The notes under the pieces: generated by a model
What the model was told of the DNA's origin: nothing
The model's database searches: none
Seen by the model: the letters and a program-made list of their open reading frames with translations, nothing else
Shown: positions 59,465 to 64,000 of the stretch, one piece after another
Layout of the letters: the number at the start of each line of letters is the position of its first letter
Numbering within the stretch: the stretch's first letter is position 1
Source of the DNA: an uncultured Bifidobacteriaceae bacterium
GTDB lineage: Bacteria; Bacteroidota; Bacteroidia; Chitinophagales; UBA10324
Assembly (NCBI GenBank): GCA_964524035.1
Contig: CAZGBP010000004.1
Location: forward strand, 2,862-66,861
Length of the DNA stretch: 64,000 nt
Direction: 5' to 3'
Translations under genes and position numbers: made by a program

Positions 59465-60331
59465 TCATTCATTAAACCCTTCCATCACAAAATAAAAAAC
59501 ACTCCACCATTCATACTGCAAAGACAGGTACAGTTTGAACGGTCCCTCAAAGGTTTTTCTCTCCCCGCTTTCAAGAATGGCATCGTACTTCACCATACCT
59601 TCAGCATGCCCTAAGCCTTGCGGTTCCCGTTCTGTCTGCAATTGAAACTTTATCTCCTGAATCCTGAATGCGCAGTTCTCAAATGAAGAAAAGGAATCGA
59701 AGAAATCGCGTAATTTAATTTTAAGTTCCTCCCGCGACAACACCTTTCCATCAGGTTGAATAAACACATCTGACAGGAAAAACTTTGCAAACTCGGTTTC
59801 GCGTTTAAACCAGGCATTCATGAATTCATTCGTTCTGTTCTCAATGTCCATCTCATGGTCAGGATGAAATTCTTCATAGATGAAGCAATGCATCATGCCG
59901 GGTATGCTGATCAGTAAATCAGTTTCATACTCAAAAAATTCTTCGGTTATGAATTTGTATTGAAACCGGTCGTCGCGCTCACGAATAAAATCTATAGAGA
60001 TAGACTTTGAGTTCAGTAATGCAGCAAGCCTTTCTGATTCTGACTCAAACTCTGCATCGTTTAGTTCCTCCGATTTGCGGAAAACAGGACGGCCGAGCAT
60101 TTCGGAAATTTTCACCTTCTTCGTCTTAGTGGTGTAACTTTCTTCAAATGCCAGTACCTGTTTCAGAAACTGATTTTCAATTTCCGGAGGCAACTCTTCC
60201 GAACTTCCGGGCATGCCACCAAACTGTGCCTGAATTTTCAATCGCAGGACTTCATTTTCCATCCGCAATTGTTCTGTTTTTTCCAGGTTGAGGAATTCCT
60301 CGTTCTCATTGGAGAAGATACTTTCTTTCAT
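59465..60331 (-). CDS. Hypothetical cytoplasmic protein (acidic, coiled-coil N-terminus)
   Basis: 288-aa intact ORF with coding-like composition. No motif recognised. Confidence 0.5.
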   Translation of the reverse strand: MKESIFSNENEEFLNLEKTEQLRMENEVLRLKIQAQFGGMPGSSEELPPEIENQFLKQVLAFEESYTTKTKKVKISEMLGRPVFRKSEELNDAEFESESERLAALLNSKSISIDFIRERDDRFQYKFITEEFFEYETDLLISIPGMMHCFIYEEFHPDHEMDIENRTNEFMNAWFKRETEFAKFFLSDVFIQPDGKVLSREELKIKLRDFFDSFSSFENCAFRIQEIKFQLQTEREPQGLGHAEGMVKYDAILESGERKTFEGPFKLYLSLQYEWWSVFYFVMEGFNE

Positions 60332-60409
60332 AATAGTAAAATTTATAGGTTATAAAATAAATTGAATACGGGATAAATGTAGGAGTTAAATTTGAAAACA
60401 CAATGGGGC

Positions 60410-60474
60410 CAGGAACCAGGAATCAGGACGAGCTATGATCGAGCTTCATTGCCCGTCTTGGCTCCTGGTTCCTG
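60410..60474. other. Long imperfect inverted repeat in a divergent intergenic region
   Basis: CAGGAACCAGGA (60410-60421) pairs perfectly with TCCTGGTTCCTG (60463-60474). Pairing extends a further 9 positions (6 Watson-Crick, 2 G-U, 1 mismatch) to 60430/60454, and the loop is 23 nt. Confidence 0.6.
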
Positions 60475-60538
60475 CTTCTTGCATCCTTCATAACAAAACC
60501 TTTCTAATTTTACGTTGACATTCCCAGAAACGCACTCC

Positions 60539-61462
60539 ATGAACATCCTCATCACCGGTGGCGCCGGATATATTGGAACAGAACTGGTCTTCGAGTTGTC
60601 TCAACGGCCTGACATTGACAGTATAGTAGTATATGATAACCTGAGCCGCGGCAACTACAATCTTTTTTTAGGCAAAGGGCCCAAGCAGGGCAATGTAAAA
60701 TTCATTCATGGTGATATTCTTGATTCGCGCAGCATCCGAAAAGCGCTGAAGGGAATTGATGTTGTCTACCACCTCGCGGCAAAAGTAACTACGCCTTTTG
60801 CCAATATTGACTCCCACTTTTTCGAACAGATCAATCACTGGGGAACTGCCGAATTGGTATATGCCATTGAAGAAAGTGATATTGAGAAATTCATTTTCAC
60901 CAGCAGTGCATCTATCTATGGAAGTTCCAACCTACCTGCTACGGAAGATACGCCACCAAATCCCAGCAGTTTTTATGGTGTTTCCAAACAACGTGCAGAA
61001 GAACATGTTAAACGGATTTTCGACAGCGTACCTACGCTTATCCTTCGTTGCGGCAATGTGTACGGGTATAGCAAGTCTATGCGGTTTGATGCCGTGATCA
61101 ACCGCTTTATGTTTGATGCGAATTTTGGCCATCGTGTAACGGTTACAGGAAGCGGTACCCAGTCGCGGTCGTTTATACATATAAATAAAGTAACCAAGAT
61201 GCTGGCCGGATTACTGCATGCGGAGGTACCTTCCGGCATTTATAACCTGTCGGATAAAAACCTGGAGGTAGTAGATATCATTGATGTCTTGAAGAAAATC
61301 TATCCCGGCCTGGAATACCTGTTTATCAATCAGCATATCACCTTACAGGAGTTAAAGGTAGATCCTGATAGCAGGTTGTATACTTACCTGCAACTCCCGG
61401 CTTCTGATCTGGAAACAGAGTTGCTGGATTTCAAGGAGCGGTTTTCATTCCAAAGCAGCTGA
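60539..61462 (+). CDS. NAD-dependent epimerase/dehydratase (extended SDR)
   Basis: Rossmann motif ILITGGAGYIGTEL and catalytic YGVSKQRAE (YxxxK). The ATG at 60539 is preferred over the TTG at 60515. Confidence 0.85.
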   Translation: MNILITGGAGYIGTELVFELSQRPDIDSIVVYDNLSRGNYNLFLGKGPKQGNVKFIHGDILDSRSIRKALKGIDVVYHLAAKVTTPFANIDSHFFEQINHWGTAELVYAIEESDIEKFIFTSSASIYGSSNLPATEDTPPNPSSFYGVSKQRAEEHVKRIFDSVPTLILRCGNVYGYSKSMRFDAVINRFMFDANFGHRVTVTGSGTQSRSFIHINKVTKMLAGLLHAEVPSGIYNLSDKNLEVVDIIDVLKKIYPGLEYLFINQHITLQELKVDPDSRLYTYLQLPASDLETELLDFKERFSFQSS

Positions 61463-61479
61463 TGAAACCCTAATTTTTC

Positions 61480-63054
61480 CTACTTCGCGAAACTTACGGC
61501 GCGCTTCTCCCTGATTACGGTTACCTTGATCTGCCCGGGGTACGTCATGTCGTTCTGGATCTTCTGAGATAGCGAAAAAGACAATTCTTCCGACTGCTTA
61601 TCAGATATCTTTTCGGCTTCAACGATCACCCTTAATTCGCGGCCTGCCTGTATTGCATAAGCCTTCTCTACGCCATCATAACTAAGTGCAAGGTTTTCCA
61701 ATTCTTTCAACCTTTGCAGGTACTGCTGCAGCATTTCCCTCCGTGCGCCCGGCCGTGCACCGGATATGGCATCGCAGGCCTGTACAATCGGGGAGATTAC
61801 ATACGCCATTTCCACTTCATCATGGTGTGCTCCGATTGCATTTACTATGGCAGGATGCTCATTGTATTTTTCTGCCAGTTTCATACCGAGCAGCGCATGG
61901 CTCAATTCACTCTCCTCATCCGGAACTTTACCTATATCATGCAAAAGTCCTGCTCGCTTGGCCAGTTTGGGATTCAAGCCCAATTCCGCTGCCATAATCG
62001 CACATAGATTTGCCACTTCTTTGGAATGCATCAATAAATTTTGTCCATAGGAGGAACGAAAACGCATCCTGCCCACCATCCTGATCAGTTCCGGATGCAG
62101 GCCATGAATGCCGAGTTCCACCACGGTACGCTCACCAATCTCTACTATATGTTCTTCGAGTTGTTTACGTGTTTTTTCTACCGATTCTTCAATACGCGCC
62201 GGGTGAATCCGGCCATCGGTCACCAGTCTTTGTAATGCAAGCCGGGCAATCTCCCTGCGCACCGGATCGAAGCCGGAAATGACGATGGTTTCAGGCGTAT
62301 CATCCACAATAATTTCCACGCCGGTGGCTGCCTCCAGCGCCCTGATATTGCGGCCCTCCCGGCCAATGATCTGGCCTTTGATGTCATCGCTGTCGATGTG
62401 AAAAACGGAAACAGAGTTTTCAATAGCATGTTCAGCAGCCACCCTTTGAATGGTCTGAATCACCACTTTCTTGGCCTCCTTATTGGCCTTGATTTTCGCT
62501 TCATCAACAATTTCTTTGATATAAGACATAGCCTGTGTGCGTGCCGTGTCCTTCAGGTTTTCGATTAGTTGCTCCTTCGCCTCATTTTCCGTCAGTTTAG
62601 CGATCTTTTCCAGTTTCTGAATATGCTCCTCCTGCACTTTGTCCAGTTCCGTTTTCTTAACGGCAATCAGTTCCAGTTGCCTGTTCAGGTTTGCTTTAAT
62701 GGTTTCTACCTCCTGCTCCTTTCGTTGCAGGCCTTCCAGTTTCTGATTGAGGGATTGTTCTTTGGACCGGAGTTTCAGGTCATTCTGTTCGAAAGCCTTG
62801 GCTTTTTGAATGGATTCGCGCTCAAACTCCGTTTTCTGGCGCAGTATCTCTTCTTTGGCTTCCAGCAACTTGCTTTGCTTCAGGGTTTCTGCCTGTGCTT
62901 TTGCTTCTGCACGTATGGTTTCCGCCTCCTGCTCTGCCTGTTCGCGTTCTTTTTTTGAGGATTTACCGAAGGTGAGTTTGCCAATGAGCAGGCCAAGGCC
63001 CAGCGTGATTACGGCAACAACAGCAATAGCTATATAAGGAATTTGGGAGTCCAT
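61480..63054 (-). CDS. rny: Ribonuclease Y
   Basis: N-terminal TM, long coiled coil, KH domain ([15 protein letters not shown]), and HD domain (LLHDIGK...GAHH). 524 aa. Confidence 0.95.
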   Translation of the reverse strand: MDSQIPYIAIAVVAVITLGLGLLIGKLTFGKSSKKEREQAEQEAETIRAEAKAQAETLKQSKLLEAKEEILRQKTEFERESIQKAKAFEQNDLKLRSKEQSLNQKLEGLQRKEQEVETIKANLNRQLELIAVKKTELDKVQEEHIQKLEKIAKLTENEAKEQLIENLKDTARTQAMSYIKEIVDEAKIKANKEAKKVVIQTIQRVAAEHAIENSVSVFHIDSDDIKGQIIGREGRNIRALEAATGVEIIVDDTPETIVISGFDPVRREIARLALQRLVTDGRIHPARIEESVEKTRKQLEEHIVEIGERTVVELGIHGLHPELIRMVGRMRFRSSYGQNLLMHSKEVANLCAIMAAELGLNPKLAKRAGLLHDIGKVPDEESELSHALLGMKLAEKYNEHPAIVNAIGAHHDEVEMAYVISPIVQACDAISGARPGARREMLQQYLQRLKELENLALSYDGVEKAYAIQAGRELRVIVEAEKISDKQSEELSFSLSQKIQNDMTYPGQIKVTVIREKRAVSFAK

Positions 63055-63287
63055 TGATTGGAGGTTTTACTTTAAACAACATGAATCTGATCGTATCTGG
63101 TAATGGAAAACGGTTGAGACAGAATTGTCGCAATCCGGATGAATTCATACAAAAATAAAAATTTTTAAATAGAGGCATAATATTGACCAGGCTCTGATCA
63201 GACCGTGATACAGATTTTGTGCCTCCCGGATTACTTTTAAAGCCTCAGCAACCGCCTGAAAGCTGAATCCTGATGGCTCCTGGAGCC

Positions 63288-63602
63288 CTATTCCTTTTCC
63301 CGTCTCAACCCGTCTGCAATCAGCTGCGAGGCCTTGGTAAGCCTGGATCGTACCTCTTCAGCTGCCAACGCTTCGTCCTGTTGTAGTTTCATGATGTCAA
63401 CCATATTCATCAATGCACTCATAGCCAGGTAATCTAGCTTTTCCTGGCCTGAAAAGCGAAGTTGAAACTCGGCATATTTGTGGTTGATGAGTTGTTCTGC
63501 CTGCCGCACTACGGGCTCATCTTCCATACGCACTTTAAGCGGATAGATCCTGTCGCCGATGGTTACATTAATACTGATGACTTCTGACATGCTTTTTTGC
63601 AT
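63288..63602 (-). CDS. zapA: Cell-division protein ZapA-like
   Basis: About 100 aa. The N-terminal beta region (ISINVTIGDRIYPLKV) is followed by a helical tail, and the gene sits immediately upstream of rny, which I believe is a common Bacteroidota arrangement (from memory). Confidence 0.65.
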   Translation of the reverse strand: MQKSMSEVISINVTIGDRIYPLKVRMEDEPVVRQAEQLINHKYAEFQLRFSGQEKLDYLAMSALMNMVDIMKLQQDEALAAEEVRSRLTKASQLIADGLRREKE

Positions 63603-63622
63603 TTATAGCCTGTTGGGGGGAA

Positions 63623-63919
63623 TCAGCCTTCCGCCGACAATTTCGCGATACACCTATCTATTTCCCTGATGTATTCATTTATTTTCTTCCTCGCTTCCCG
63701 GGTATCGGCACCTGACTGCTGGATAGACTCGAGTACTTTATTAGATGAGTTTTCTTCTTCAATTAACTTGATGCGTTCCGTCTTTTCTTTCAGTTGATGC
63801 TGCAGCTCCCTGATCTGTTCTTCTTTCACCAGCAGGTCGGCCGCAAGCCTGTCGTTCTTATCAAGCAGCCTGTTGATCTTTGCAAGCAGCTCATCGGTTT
63901 GTTTGATCAGGTCTTTCAT
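63623..63919 (-). CDS. Small coiled-coil protein upstream of zapA
   Basis: 98 aa with heptad-rich sequence (LLAKINRLLDKNDRLAADLLVKEEQIRELQHQLKEK). No further assignment. Confidence 0.5.
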   Translation of the reverse strand: MKDLIKQTDELLAKINRLLDKNDRLAADLLVKEEQIRELQHQLKEKTERIKLIEEENSSNKVLESIQQSGADTREARKKINEYIREIDRCIAKLSAEG

Positions 63920-63920
63920 T

Positions 63921-64000
63921 TCACTTACGGATATGAGCGTTCAATTGTGTTTGAAACTGTTGCACCACCCGGTCCATCACCTTATCAATATCATCATCAG
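63921..64000 (-). CDS. 3' end of an upstream minus-strand gene (cut by the window edge)
   Basis: The open frame reads ...DDDIDKVMDRVVQQFQTQLNAHIRK and ends at TGA (63923-63921), 1 nt from the next start codon. Identity unknown. Confidence 0.4.
   Translation of the reverse strand, partial: DDDIDKVMDRVVQQFQTQLNAHIRK

Noticed and set aside
59369-59614. 81-aa plus-strand ORF (His/Asn-rich) after the pseudogene
   Set aside because: It overlaps the 3' end of the better-supported minus-strand 288-aa gene and has low-complexity composition.
63055-63287. Possible 6S RNA (ssrS) downstream of zapA, by analogy with the zapA-ssrS synteny of Proteobacteria
   Set aside because: A TATTTTTG -7-like box for rny sits mid-gap on the minus strand, leaving only about 130 nt between the zapA stop and the rny promoter. 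I could not draw the long end-to-end helix with a central bubble expected of 6S RNA; I found only short palindromes (GGCTCC.GGAGCC, TCTGATCAGA). Synteny alone is not enough.
1-64000. CRISPR arrays, tRNA/rRNA genes, integrases/transposases, prophage genes
   Set aside because: I scanned the intergenic regions for regularly spaced repeats and for tRNA T-arm-like GGTTCGAATCC motifs and found none outside coding sequence. No ORF shows recombinase or transposase motifs.

Overview
This 64 kb window looks like a chromosomal segment from a Bacteroidota genome. The evidence is two proteins with T9SS C-terminal sorting domains, TAnnTTTG-type -7 promoter boxes, a TonB-dependent receptor with a CarboxypepD_reg N-terminus, and a propeller/Y_Y_Y sensor kinase. 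Coding density is high and most genes are housekeeping or ordinary accessory functions: icmF, secA, deoC, rny, zapA, hutU, cysC/sat, corA, a TetR-TolC-MFP-RND efflux operon, a glucan-phosphorylase homologue, and an M20 amidohydrolase. I found no rRNA, tRNA, CRISPR array, integrase or transposase. Six things stand out. (1) Two diverged copies of a 158-bp MITE-like element with 12-bp terminal inverted repeats and 10-bp flanking direct duplications (1550-1707 and 49285-49442). (2) A small accessory islet after icmF, holding a decayed zeta-toxin-like kinase gene, an unannotated 56-aa ORF, and a DUF4143 AAA+ ATPase gene bracketed by two identical 41-bp perfect palindromic hairpins. (3) A compact same-strand five-gene cluster (28675-32493) encoding two different Rieske fusion proteins (one to a multi-histidine polytopic membrane domain, one to a flavodoxin-like FMN-reductase domain) plus three small membrane-anchored proteins. 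I read it as an uncharacterised trans-membrane electron-transfer module. (4) A glucan-phosphorylase homologue whose expected PLP-binding lysine codon reads Thr. (5) A remnant of a secreted-protein gene with two in-frame TGA codons, next to a PIN toxin-antitoxin pair. (6) Several short repeats and hairpins in intergenic DNA. All functional calls come from motif recognition by eye; no database search was run.
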